Below are positions 1 through 8,580 of a stretch of 27,078 nt of DNA, one piece after another. The stretch lies in NCBI GenBank assembly GCA_964619365.1, contig CAZUDQ010000013.1, positions 1 to 27,078 of the forward strand, in the 5' to 3' direction. Every line of letters begins with the position of its first letter. Within the stretch, counting starts at the first letter, position 1. Under the pieces are notes generated by a model. The model was not told the DNA's origin. It saw only the letters and a list, made by a program, of their open reading frames with translations, and did no database searches. Origin of the DNA: an uncultured archaeon (lineage in GTDB: Archaea > Altiarchaeota > Altiarchaeia > JAFGQM01). The position numbers and the translations under genes were made by a program.

Positions 1-29
1 CAGGAATGTAATTTAGATTTAATTTTGAA

Positions 30-941
30 ATGGTTTCAGACATAAAGCGAGAAGTTGCGCGTTGCATCGAGCACTTTGGCGAAACAAATGGCGTAAGAAG
101 GATATTCTGGCAGATGGACGAGAAAGTGCCTGATTTAATTGAAGGAATACGCCAGGGCGACGACTGTGTTGTCGTCGGAAAAAACGTCATCAATATGGAA
201 GGGCCATACCCTATGAAAATCGGGATGAAAACAGGTCTTATCCACACATGCTCTGATATTGTTGTTACAGGCGGACGTCCACTTTATGGACTTAACGCGA
301 TGCAGGTCGATTCACTTGACCAAGCGCACGAAGCTTCCGAGATGATAAAAAAGCAGTCAAACGGAATCGGTGTTCCAATTGTCGGGGGCAACACACAGCT
401 TGAAAACGGTCTTGTGCCATGCATATCATTTTGCATATTCGGCGAGCTTATTGTCGATAAACCAATTCTTGATTCCGGGGCAAAAGCCGGAAATACCATG
501 GTCATGATTGGTGGTGCGCTTTCGGGTGAGACTGGAGACCGCATAAGAATAGCAAACGAAAAGTTTAAAACATTCCAAGATGTCATAAAAGAAATTCCAG
601 TTTATGCGGCAAAAGACGCGTCACGCGGCGGCTGGTTCGGAAACCTTCTTGAAATGATGGTAAAATCACAAACCGGATTTAATATCACATCAATCCCATA
701 CCCATCATTTGGAAGTTATATGGGCAACTACATGACATGTATCGATGAAGAAGACGTTCCGACCGTAATGGAGATTGCGACAAAATATGCATGCCCCGTT
801 TCAATAATGGGTGAGGTCACAAAAGAAAAAGAAATACGTCTCGGAAAAAACGCCCTGATTGATGAGAAAAAGATGCTGGAAATTATAAAAGATACTCCTT
901 TTAGGAAGCCTAAAATAGGACTTAAATCAAAAAAGAAATAG
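30..941 (+). CDS. AIR synthase-related protein (PurM/ThiL/HypE/SelD superfamily; resembles the sll0787 / methanogenesis-marker-2 subgroup)
   Basis: Motifs GDDCVVV, SDIVVTGGRP, VPIVGGNT, GAKAGN and AAKDASRGG match the PurM-like ATP-binding fold. The substrate cannot be assigned. Confidence 0.75.
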   Translation: MVSDIKREVARCIEHFGETNGVRRIFWQMDEKVPDLIEGIRQGDDCVVVGKNVINMEGPYPMKIGMKTGLIHTCSDIVVTGGRPLYGLNAMQVDSLDQAHEASEMIKKQSNGIGVPIVGGNTQLENGLVPCISFCIFGELIVDKPILDSGAKAGNTMVMIGGALSGETGDRIRIANEKFKTFQDVIKEIPVYAAKDASRGGWFGNLLEMMVKSQTGFNITSIPYPSFGSYMGNYMTCIDEEDVPTVMEIATKYACPVSIMGEVTKEKEIRLGKNALIDEKKMLEIIKDTPFRKPKIGLKSKKK

Positions 942-943
942 GA

Positions 944-1792
944 TTATTTCATATCAGGTGGCTTTCGTATGACCATACCCCAACGAGGTATACTTCCTGA
1001 GGCTATTTTTTCATTATTTACTATGGCAGTATCAAATCCACGATTTTTTAGCTCTTTTTGAGCCCGCATAAGTTCCCCCTCTATGTCGTGAGGACCCTTA
1101 CTAGTTCCAAATACCCCTCCCATAGCTTTATATCTTTTAGCCGAGAGTTCAGTTCGACTTTGTTCCCCTAAATGACTTCCAATAGCAAAAACACCACCTG
1201 GCGCAAGAGACTCTGCAGTCCTCATAACATATGCCGGACGAAGCCAGGGAGCCATGTAGGTTCCTGCACCGAGAATATCAACGGCAAAATGCGGTCTTTC
1301 TGTTGGAACCCAGTCCTCAGCATAGCTTTTTATAAAACTTATTCCCGGATTTTTTCTTGCCAGATGTTCCTGTAAACCATGTTCATAAGGCCCAATCCCA
1401 ATGAGTTTTGGTTCAAAACCAGCCTGCCTAATCTCTTGTGCGTGACCTGCCAGGGCAAAACCGTCCCCGGGGCCGTACTCATGTCCGATTACCTGTTTTG
1501 AACCAAGATCATTTGCAATAGACACCCCTGTTAAAGCAATATTGGGATTTAGACCAAGCTTCTCTAATGCTGGACCAAAAGTCCCTTTGTGATGTATCTG
1601 ATCCCTTCTAATTATCCAGGTATCCCCTTCTTCTAAACCACGGCTTGAACGGTTTACAGCCTCAACAAGCGCTCTGTTCTTTAGAGCATACTGTCGCGAA
1701 AGAGGTCTTGACATCGAGCGTTGTATCGCTTCATGATGTCGCATCACATGCGGGTCTTCCTTAGGGCTTAAAGAATGTCTCCTACTTGGCAT
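944..1792 (-). CDS. Putative class I SAM-dependent methyltransferase-like protein with a basic N-terminal extension
   Basis: Motif-I-like EYGPGDG, followed by LIGI, FIKSYAEDW, AVDILGAGTY and ESLAPGGVF (typical LxPGG motif). The 282-aa ORF is convergent with 30..941. Confidence 0.6.
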   Translation of the reverse strand: MPSRRHSLSPKEDPHVMRHHEAIQRSMSRPLSRQYALKNRALVEAVNRSSRGLEEGDTWIIRRDQIHHKGTFGPALEKLGLNPNIALTGVSIANDLGSKQVIGHEYGPGDGFALAGHAQEIRQAGFEPKLIGIGPYEHGLQEHLARKNPGISFIKSYAEDWVPTERPHFAVDILGAGTYMAPWLRPAYVMRTAESLAPGGVFAIGSHLGEQSRTELSAKRYKAMGGVFGTSKGPHDIEGELMRAQKELKNRGFDTAIVNNEKIASGSIPRWGMVIRKPPDMK

Positions 1793-1843
1793 CAGCTAGA
1801 ATTATATGGGATTAAGAGAAAAATTAAAGAATAAAAAAGGAGT

Positions 1844-2251
1844 TTAATCTAGAGGGCGGAACTTATAACCATATTGAATTATACCACCATCTTTACTGTC
1901 CCTAATCTTTCGGAACACAGTTTCAACCTCATCACCGATTTTCAGTTCCTTGTCTTTACAATCAACAATCTGGCCTGTAATCTTTGGACCTTCTTCAAGG
2001 TCTATTATGCCAAGTGCATAAGGTTTTTCAAGCTCAAAGCCTTCAGGAGGCGCATAAATAGTAGTATAAGAATAAATTTTTCCCTTACCTGAGAACGTAA
2101 AAGGCTTTAATTCCCCCCCACGACGGCAGTTTGGACAGATGCTTCTAATAGGGAAAAACGTTTCCCCGCATGATTCGCAGGCAACACCTTCCAGACGATA
2201 CCATTGTGGCATCTTTCGCCAGTAGTTTGCAAGGCTTTTTGTGTGTGGCAT
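1844..2251 (-). CDS. DUF35 family Zn-ribbon/OB-fold protein (scaffold of the archaeal thiolase/HMG-CoA synthase complex)
   Basis: CESCG..FFP.RSICPNC zinc ribbon, GKGKIYSYTTI, PYALGIIDLEEG and IIQYGYKFRP OB-fold. Thiolase and HMGS lie nearby on the same strand. Confidence 0.92.
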   Translation of the reverse strand: MPHTKSLANYWRKMPQWYRLEGVACESCGETFFPIRSICPNCRRGGELKPFTFSGKGKIYSYTTIYAPPEGFELEKPYALGIIDLEEGPKITGQIVDCKDKELKIGDEVETVFRKIRDSKDGGIIQYGYKFRPLD

Positions 2252-2349
2252 TTTATGTCCCTTTGTGTTCTCTTAGTTTGAAAAGCACGCTATTTAAATC
2301 GCCCTTTTCTCTAATTAGAGGGCTAAGAATCAGAACTATTAAATCCATC

Positions 2350-3261
2350 ATGGGTTTTTCACAATACAAAAAGGATTTCCAGGAGCTTTTGCCGCAAATA
2401 CGTGAGCGTGCCCTTCTGGCATTTAATGATGACCTAGGAAACGAAGGCGATATCACCACAAAAGCTGCGCTTGGCCTTCAACGACGCGAGGATGCAAAAG
2501 CAGTAATCATCGCCGAAGAACCTTTTTGTCTTGCAGGAGCAATCGAGGCAAGAGCAATATTGGAAAAAGGCGGAATAACAATCAGTTCAAAAGAGGGTGG
2601 CGAACACTGCGCAAAAGGCGACATAATAATGGAGCTTTCAGGCCCGATTGATGAAATCCTTGCTAGGGAACGCGTCGCACTAAACTACCTTACGCGCATG
2701 AGTGGCATTGCCACAATGTCGCGAAGAATCGCAAGGAAGCATGGAAAACGTGTTGCTTTCCTTAGAAAAACAGACCCATGTTTGTCCCTTTCTGAAAAAT
2801 ATGCAGTTTCCTTAGGTGGATGCCTCCCACACAGGCTAAATCTCTCAGACGGACTACTCATAAAAGACAATCACCTTGATGAGATAGCAAAGGCCGCGGG
2901 GTCGCGTCTTGATGCGATTCATGTTGCAATATACCGGACTGATGCATGGAAGAAAAAGACAGGGTTAAAATACCTGCCAATAGAACTTGAAGTAGACTCT
3001 GTTGAAGAAGCGCATTACGCGGCAATCGAGCTTTCGATGATTCCCGGAAAAAACATAATACTTCTTGATAATTTTAATGTGCGGGATTCCAAGCGCGCAG
3101 TTTCTCTTATACGAGCAAAATGTCCAGAAGCCATAATAGAAGCATCCGGCGGCATAACTGAAGAATCAATAAAAGAATATCTGGGCGTTGGTGTGGATTT
3201 TGTCTCAGGCTCTATGTTTCTTTCGGCTCCGCCTACCAGCTTAAAATTAGAGATTCTTTAA
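2350..3261 (+). CDS. nadC: Quinolinate phosphoribosyltransferase (nicotinate-nucleotide pyrophosphorylase)
   Basis: GDITT, ERVALNYL..MSGIAT, RKT, EKYAV..GG, HR..LSD..LIKDNH, ELEVDS, ILLDNF, EASGGIT and GVDFVS. Start moved to the ATG at 2350 because the ORF-track start at 2170 overlaps DUF35. Confidence 0.93.
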   Translation: MGFSQYKKDFQELLPQIRERALLAFNDDLGNEGDITTKAALGLQRREDAKAVIIAEEPFCLAGAIEARAILEKGGITISSKEGGEHCAKGDIIMELSGPIDEILARERVALNYLTRMSGIATMSRRIARKHGKRVAFLRKTDPCLSLSEKYAVSLGGCLPHRLNLSDGLLIKDNHLDEIAKAAGSRLDAIHVAIYRTDAWKKKTGLKYLPIELEVDSVEEAHYAAIELSMIPGKNIILLDNFNVRDSKRAVSLIRAKCPEAIIEASGGITEESIKEYLGVGVDFVSGSMFLSAPPTSLKLEIL

Positions 3262-3266
3262 CACAT

Positions 3267-4022
3267 TTAACCTATAATAAAAGGTGAGTCATCCGCAAGT
3301 TTTCTTATTGCAGAAATCGCACTCATTGCGGCAATATAAGAGGTTTTGGGATTCTTTTTCGAAGGAACGTTAGTGCATTTTGTATGCAGTTTTAAATACT
3401 CTGAATCAAGCCTCACTTCGTGGCAGTTCTCTTTTATGCCAGGGTCTGCAACAAGCTTCACCTTAGTCTTATCAAAACCCGCTCCCGCAAGTGAGACGGT
3501 CGCCGCAATATTAAGGTTTTTTGGATACTTTTTAACAGCTTCTTTTGCGTTCCCTTCAAAGACTATCTTTTTCGTTTTTGTCTTGACACCAAGACTGGAT
3601 GGGGGTTTTGTACTTGTGAGTACCAATGAATTTATCTCCCCACAGGATGCGGCACGGATACCATCAATTCCTGCTATCGCACCTGACGGGAGTATTACTT
3701 TTGCCCCACTCTTTTTTGCAAGAGATTCTATTCCAGACTTGAGTTTCTCATCTGAAAGTGCGCCAATACTCATGACAAGAGTGTTTGTGCCTTTTTCCGC
3801 AAAGTAAGGGATGAACTCACGAACGGCATTTGCACTTGCTACTTCAACAACAAGGTCGCATTTGGGAAAGTCCAAGGGATGATTGATGGCACAAAGGAAT
3901 TTTTTTGAGAAGGAATCTACCTTTTTTTGGTCTATATCCCATACAGAAAGTATCTTAAATGAATCGGCATGTTCTGCAATCGCAGTTCCAAGGTTCCCGC
4001 AACCGATGATGCAGATGTTCAT
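3267..4022 (-). CDS. nadX: L-aspartate dehydrogenase
   Basis: N-terminal IIGCGNLG Rossmann motif, VVEVAS, MSIGAL, PSGAIAGIDG, KPP, YPKNLNIAA, NCHEV and NPKTSYIAA. Adjacent to nadC. Confidence 0.92.
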   Translation of the reverse strand: MNICIIGCGNLGTAIAEHADSFKILSVWDIDQKKVDSFSKKFLCAINHPLDFPKCDLVVEVASANAVREFIPYFAEKGTNTLVMSIGALSDEKLKSGIESLAKKSGAKVILPSGAIAGIDGIRAASCGEINSLVLTSTKPPSSLGVKTKTKKIVFEGNAKEAVKKYPKNLNIAATVSLAGAGFDKTKVKLVADPGIKENCHEVRLDSEYLKLHTKCTNVPSKKNPKTSYIAAMSAISAIRKLADDSPFIIG

Positions 4023-4044
4023 TCTTTTTTTAAGCTAAAACTCA

Positions 4045-5214
4045 TTATTTTGAGTAGATGTGGACAACACAAGTCGCCCCCGAACCACCAACGTTATGGG
4101 AAAGTCCGATTTCCGGGTTTTCGAGCTGACGCCCTCCGGCTTCGCCCCTGAGCTGCCAGGAGATTTCAACTGCCTGTTTGATTCCTGTCGCGCCGACCGG
4201 GTGTCCACAAGCTTTGAGTCCACCTGAAGTGTTTATTGGAATCTCTCCGGTTCTTTTGGTCTTCCCTTCTGCGCTTGCAGGACCGCCTTGTCCTTTTGGG
4301 AAAAAGCCTAAATCTTCTATTGCAAGTATTTCAGCGATAGTAAAACAGTCGTGGACTTCAGCAAGATCGATATCTTTTGAAGTGACTCCTGCGCGGTCGT
4401 ATGCCTTTTTGGCTGCAAACTTTGCCGCCCTAAGTTCTGTTAAGCTGGCTCTGTCATGCAGTGCAAGAGCGTCGCTTGCCTGAGCAGACGAAAGGATCTT
4501 TATGGGTGAATCCGAATATTTCTTTGCAACATCATCACGCGCCAGAATAACGGCCGCTGCACCATCTGTAACTGGTGAGCAGTCAAAAAGTTTAAGTGGG
4601 GTTGCAATGGGTGATGATTTCATCACCTTCTCAATTGTTATCTCAAAAGGATACTGTGCATAAGGGTTTTTTGCACCATTCTCGTGGTTCTTAACGGCAA
4701 CTGCTGCCATTTGTTCCTCAGTTGTTCCGTATTCGTGCATATGGCGCTTTGCCATCATAGCATAAAGTGCAGGGAAAGTTGCGCCAAAGGCTGCCTCCCA
4801 ATCAGTATCTGCAGCACCACCAAGAGTTGTTGTAACCTGAGACATGCCGACATCATTCATCTTCTCGACACCACCTGCAATAACAATATCATGTTCTCCT
4901 GCCATGATTGAAAGGATTGCCTGGCGCAGTGCAAGACCGCCTGAAGCGCACGCAGCTTCGACTCTTGTTGCAGGAATTGGTGTAAGACCGCTTTGGTCAG
5001 AAATAAGCGCTCCGATATGCTCTTGACCGCTTAAACGTCCGCCACTCATGTTACCGCCGTATACTGCGTCTATATCAGGACCGTCAACACCCGCATCAAT
5101 TATCGCTTTGACACCAGCTTCAGCCATAAGCTCGCGCAAGCCCTTGTCCCAGCATTCGCCGAATTGGGTCATACCGACCCCGATTATCGAGACTCCTGTG
5201 CCTTTTGATGTCAT
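4045..5214 (-). CDS. Acetyl-CoA acetyltransferase (archaeal acetoacetyl-CoA thiolase)
   Basis: VEAACASG catalytic Cys, GGVEKM, DCSPVTDGAAA, EVHDCF, GGLKACGHPVGATG and HNVGG. Confidence 0.95.
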   Translation of the reverse strand: MTSKGTGVSIIGVGMTQFGECWDKGLRELMAEAGVKAIIDAGVDGPDIDAVYGGNMSGGRLSGQEHIGALISDQSGLTPIPATRVEAACASGGLALRQAILSIMAGEHDIVIAGGVEKMNDVGMSQVTTTLGGAADTDWEAAFGATFPALYAMMAKRHMHEYGTTEEQMAAVAVKNHENGAKNPYAQYPFEITIEKVMKSSPIATPLKLFDCSPVTDGAAAVILARDDVAKKYSDSPIKILSSAQASDALALHDRASLTELRAAKFAAKKAYDRAGVTSKDIDLAEVHDCFTIAEILAIEDLGFFPKGQGGPASAEGKTKRTGEIPINTSGGLKACGHPVGATGIKQAVEISWQLRGEAGGRQLENPEIGLSHNVGGSGATCVVHIYSK

Positions 5215-5219
5215 TTTGA

Positions 5220-6263
5220 TTATATCCCCTTTAATTTCTTCCTGAGTTTGGCGTATTGGCCGTATGTTACATACTCCTTTTTTGAGATGTAATACTCCAA
5301 AGGTTTTCCACCGCGTTCTCTTGCTTTACTTAGTTCATCGGTCACAGTTATATCAAAAGCGTCGCTTCCAGAACCTGAGCCGTATGAGACTGCAAGAATC
5401 CGGTCTCCCGCCTTTGCGATGTCAAGAGTTGCCGCAAGACCAAGAGGCGTTGCACCAGAATAAGTGTTTCCGATTCTTGTTACAAGAAGCCCAGGCATAA
5501 CTTTTTCCTTAGGCACCCCAAGTCTTTTTGCAAGTGCAAGCGGGAACTTCCCGTTTGGCTGATGGAAGACAAAATAATCATAATCCTCTACACAAGTAGA
5601 GCATTTCTCCATGATGAGCTTTGCTGAGCCCTGTGAATGTTTGAAATAGGCGGGTTCTCCAGTAAATCTCCCCGCGTGGCGTGGGAACTCTTCGCCTTCA
5701 CGTCTCCAGAAGTCAGGAGTGTCGGTTGTAAAAGTACATGTGTCATTAATTTCTGCAATAACGTTCTTATCTCCCATGAGGTATGCTGCGCCGCCGGCTG
5801 CTGCGCTGTATTCAAGGGCGTCCCCTGGGCGGCCTTGTGAAGTATCTGCGCCAATCCCCATAGCATACTCTACCATCTTTGACTTTACAAGAGAAAGAGC
5901 TATTTGCATGCCTGCAGTTCCTGCCTTACAGGCAAACTCAAGGTCGGCTGCCATGACATTAGGTACTGCATTGATATATTCTGCAACTGTTGCTGCACTT
6001 GACTTTACTGCATAAGGGTGTGATTCTGAACCGACATAGATTGCACCTATTCTTTGTGGGTCGATTGCTGCCATCCTAACGGCGTCCTTTGCCGTCTGTG
6101 ATGCTATTGTGATACAATCCTCGTCAATATTGGGGACTGTTTTCTCTTCAATAAGGAGTCCCTTAGATATTCGATCGGGGTCCTCGTTCCAAATTGAAGC
6201 GATTTCGCCCGACTTTATCCTGAGGCGCGGAACATATGCGCCGTAACCCACGATTCCAGCCAT
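5220..6263 (-). CDS. hmgS: Hydroxymethylglutaryl-CoA synthase (archaeal type)
   Basis: GIVGYGAYVP, VGSESHPYAVK, DLEFACKAG catalytic Cys, DTPDFWRR, FHQPNGKFP, IGNTYSG and SYGSGSGSDAF. Lies 5 bp upstream of the thiolase. Confidence 0.96.
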   Translation of the reverse strand: MAGIVGYGAYVPRLRIKSGEIASIWNEDPDRISKGLLIEEKTVPNIDEDCITIASQTAKDAVRMAAIDPQRIGAIYVGSESHPYAVKSSAATVAEYINAVPNVMAADLEFACKAGTAGMQIALSLVKSKMVEYAMGIGADTSQGRPGDALEYSAAAGGAAYLMGDKNVIAEINDTCTFTTDTPDFWRREGEEFPRHAGRFTGEPAYFKHSQGSAKLIMEKCSTCVEDYDYFVFHQPNGKFPLALAKRLGVPKEKVMPGLLVTRIGNTYSGATPLGLAATLDIAKAGDRILAVSYGSGSGSDAFDITVTDELSKARERGGKPLEYYISKKEYVTYGQYAKLRKKLKGI

Positions 6264-6296
6264 TTTGGGTAATTAGAAGTTTGAGTTAAAAAAGGG

Positions 6297-6524
6297 CAAG
6301 TCAAAAGTAAGATTTTCTTATTTTTTTTAAGTTGGATTACAACGTAACCCGACCATAATCCTTTCGGTATTTCGAAAGAAAGTAAGATTTTCTTACTTTT
6401 TATCTCACATGTATCAATATCTTCAAGTCAAAAGTAAGATTTTCTTATTTTTTAAGTTGGGTTACAACGTAACCCGACAATACTCCTCGGGTATTTCCGA
6501 GAAAGTAAGATTTTCTTACTTTTT
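6297..6524. repeat. Imperfect direct repeat, two ~100-105-bp copies (6297-6401 and 6424-6524, starts 127 bp apart), each built of four palindromes
   Basis: Both copies read CAAGTCAAAAGTAAGATTTTCTTATTTTT..AAGTTGG(A/G)TTACAACGTAACCCGAC..(stem)GTATTT(stem)AAAGTAAGATTTTCTTACTTTT. Confidence 0.95.
6303..6522. promoter_or_regulatory. Four palindromic operator-like sites AAAGTAAGA-TTT-TCTTA(C/T)TTT (6303-6324, 6379-6399, 6430-6451, 6502-6522), probably bound by the downstream AbrB/MazE protein
   Basis: Perfect 9-3-9 inverted repeat at 6379 and 6502, one-mismatch versions at 6303 and 6430. The sites lie between divergent hmgS and the AbrB gene. The binding protein is inferred. Confidence 0.65.
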
Positions 6525-6549
6525 GGAGATAATTACCTTAAACTTAAAA

Positions 6550-6804
6550 ATGGAAAAAAACGTCTCGTATGAAATCGAAACTGAACTTACGACCCTTTCC
6601 TCAAGAGGACAGGTTGTAATCCCAAAAGGCTTTAGAAGGCGGATGAAGCTTAGCGCAGGCGACTTTTTGGGAATGGCTCTTATCGGCGATATGTTAGTAA
6701 TAAAGCGTATTGACATGCCAACAGAAGACATAGCAAAGTCGGCGCGCGCGGCTGAAAAGAACGTTGATGCCGCATTTGAAGAGCTCCTTTACAGAAAAGA
6801 ATAA
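6550..6804 (+). CDS. AbrB/MazE/SpoVT family DNA-binding protein
   Basis: TTLSSRGQVVIPKGFRRRMKLSAGDFL swapped-hairpin signature. Start placed at the ATG at 6550, because the upstream ORF extension only translates the repeat. Confidence 0.88.
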   Translation: MEKNVSYEIETELTTLSSRGQVVIPKGFRRRMKLSAGDFLGMALIGDMLVIKRIDMPTEDIAKSARAAEKNVDAAFEELLYRKE

Positions 6805-6817
6805 ACAAGAGAATACA

Positions 6818-8245
6818 ATGACAAAAGCAAAAAGCGTATATGGACTTTTAATTGAAGATTATTTCACAACAGATTCGATGTCTGTTCACATAAAAGAAGG
6901 TCTTGTTCCTACAAGAAAATGCGGAAAACCTGGAGCCTGGAAACTTGAGGATGCAGGAAAAGAACCTCTTGACTCCCACGAAATAGCAGAGATAATCGGA
7001 GAATTCCTTGACGAGTGCGACGGACATGGCGATGGCATGATTGAAATGGAAAAGAAGGGCTGCACAGTAATTCAGCTTGGCCCATATAGAATCGTCATAA
7101 CAAAGTTCCCGTTTTCAGAAAGTACAGAGATTACGGCGGTACGTCCGATAAAGTCTCTTTGCCTAGAAGACTACAAGATGTCAGCAAAGCTTAAAAACAG
7201 GCTTGAGTCGCGAGCAGAGGGAATACTTGTTGCAGGGCCTCCTGGTGCCGGAAAATCAACGTTTGCATGCGCTCTTGCTGAGTTCTACAACGCCCTTGGA
7301 AAGACTGTTAAGACTATGGAGCATCCACGAGACTTACAGGTCAGTCGGGAGATAACACAATATTCAGCACTTGACGGCTCAATGGTTAACACCGGAGACA
7401 TACTCCTTCTTGTGCGTCCGGACTACACAGTCTATGACGAAGTAAGAAAACCCGACGATTTCCTGATATTTGAGGATCTTCGCCTTGCCGGCGTCGGAAT
7501 GATTGGAGTCTGTCACGGTTCTCTTGCAATTGACGCCATACAAAGATTTGTCGGAAAAGTGGAGCTTGGCGTAATACCCCAGGTCATTGACACCCTTATA
7601 TTCATAAAAGGGGGGCAGGTCTCAAAGACTCTCACCCTTAAGATGACTGTTAAAACACCGACTGGGATGACAGAAAAAGACCTGGCACGGCCAGTCGTTG
7701 AAGTCACAGACTTTGAGTCAGGGGATTTAGAATACGAGATTTATACATATGGCGAGCAGGTTGTTGTAATTCCAGTTAAAGAAGTCGCGGCAAAAGCTGC
7801 GCGGGAGTACGCACAGATTTCAGAAGGACTTGAAGACCGCATAATGGGATTTGTCCCAGAGGCGGACATCAAGGCAAACGGAACCAACGTTGATGTATGC
7901 GTCCCGGAGAAATTCATAAAAAGGCTTATCGGACGCGGCGGTTCGACCATAAACGGCATCGAGCGCGAGTTTGGTGTCTCAATAAACGTAAACCCAATGC
8001 AGGAGAAAACAGGCGGCGGGCGAAAGTCGGTTCCGATAGATTCGGGAAGTAAAGCAGTCGTAATCAATGCAGGAAAACACAATGCAGGGCGTTACATGCG
8101 AGTTCTTGCAAACGGCGAAGAGATACTCATGGCACCAGTCTCACGAAGAGGCGAGATTCAGGTGAAAAAGAAGTCTAAAAAAGGACGGCAGTTGATGATG
8201 GCAATGGACGCGGGAAAAGACATTAAATTCGAAGCTGTTGTATAA
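6818..8245 (+). CDS. PINA/MJ1533-type P-loop ATPase (VirB11/PilT-like) with C-terminal KH domain, lacking the N-terminal PIN domain
   Basis: YFTTDSMSVHIKEG, EITAVRP, Walker A GPPGAGKST, TMEHPRDLQV, LLLVRPDYTVYDEVR, DLRLAGVGMIGVCHG, AIQRF, DLARPVVEV, YEIYTYGEQ and KH loop LIGRGGSTI. Start is the ATG at 6818, 13 bp after the AbrB stop. Confidence 0.88.
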   Translation: MTKAKSVYGLLIEDYFTTDSMSVHIKEGLVPTRKCGKPGAWKLEDAGKEPLDSHEIAEIIGEFLDECDGHGDGMIEMEKKGCTVIQLGPYRIVITKFPFSESTEITAVRPIKSLCLEDYKMSAKLKNRLESRAEGILVAGPPGAGKSTFACALAEFYNALGKTVKTMEHPRDLQVSREITQYSALDGSMVNTGDILLLVRPDYTVYDEVRKPDDFLIFEDLRLAGVGMIGVCHGSLAIDAIQRFVGKVELGVIPQVIDTLIFIKGGQVSKTLTLKMTVKTPTGMTEKDLARPVVEVTDFESGDLEYEIYTYGEQVVVIPVKEVAAKAAREYAQISEGLEDRIMGFVPEADIKANGTNVDVCVPEKFIKRLIGRGGSTINGIEREFGVSINVNPMQEKTGGGRKSVPIDSGSKAVVINAGKHNAGRYMRVLANGEEILMAPVSRRGEIQVKKKSKKGRQLMMAMDAGKDIKFEAVV

Positions 8246-8314
8246 ACTTCCACGAACTTACAAAAATAGAGTAAACTGGGTCAGAACCTAAAACAAAAAT
8301 TAAAAAGAAAGAGA

Positions 8315-8566
8315 TTAAAGGAGCGTAACGCCGGTTACCTCAACTGATTCTACACCCGGAATTGCTTTAATCGTGTTTTCAAGTTCGTCGGTTCCTCCAT
8401 CTTTATCCTCACGGATAAACTGGATTTCAAGACACTTGATGCCAAATGCAACAGGCTTTTCAGCTATTGCGTGAGGGGATAGTTTTTCAATCTCTTTTGC
8501 AACAAGAGAGAGATCAACATCAGTTCCTGTCGGCATAACCTTTATGTTTGATAATACTTCACCCAT
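8315..8566 (-). CDS. ef1b: Translation elongation factor 1-beta (archaeal)
   Basis: MGEV...IKVMP...DVDL, EKPVAFGIKCL, GGTDELE..I..IPGVESVEV. Confidence 0.93.
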   Translation of the reverse strand: MGEVLSNIKVMPTGTDVDLSLVAKEIEKLSPHAIAEKPVAFGIKCLEIQFIREDKDGGTDELENTIKAIPGVESVEVTGVTLL

Positions 8567-8580
8567 TTTTCGTTATTTAT

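Noticed and set aside
30-941. Assignment as thiL, selD, hypE or purM
   Set aside because: Only superfamily-level motifs are visible and the family-specific signatures are not convincing.
2170-2349. N-terminal extension of NadC in the ORF track
   Set aside because: It overlaps the opposite-strand DUF35 gene and the divergent promoter region. Homology fits a start at 2350.
6297-6524. Possible mini-CRISPR, replication origin (ORB) or Xer dif site
   Set aside because: The intervening sequences are themselves duplicated rather than unique. There is no ORB-like GTTCCAGTGGAAAC/G-string or cdc6 gene nearby, and the palindrome spacing does not fit an 11-6-11 dif site.
6409-6549. N-terminal extension of the AbrB ORF
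   Set aside because: It is just a translation of the palindromic repeat. The family-sized protein starts at 6550.
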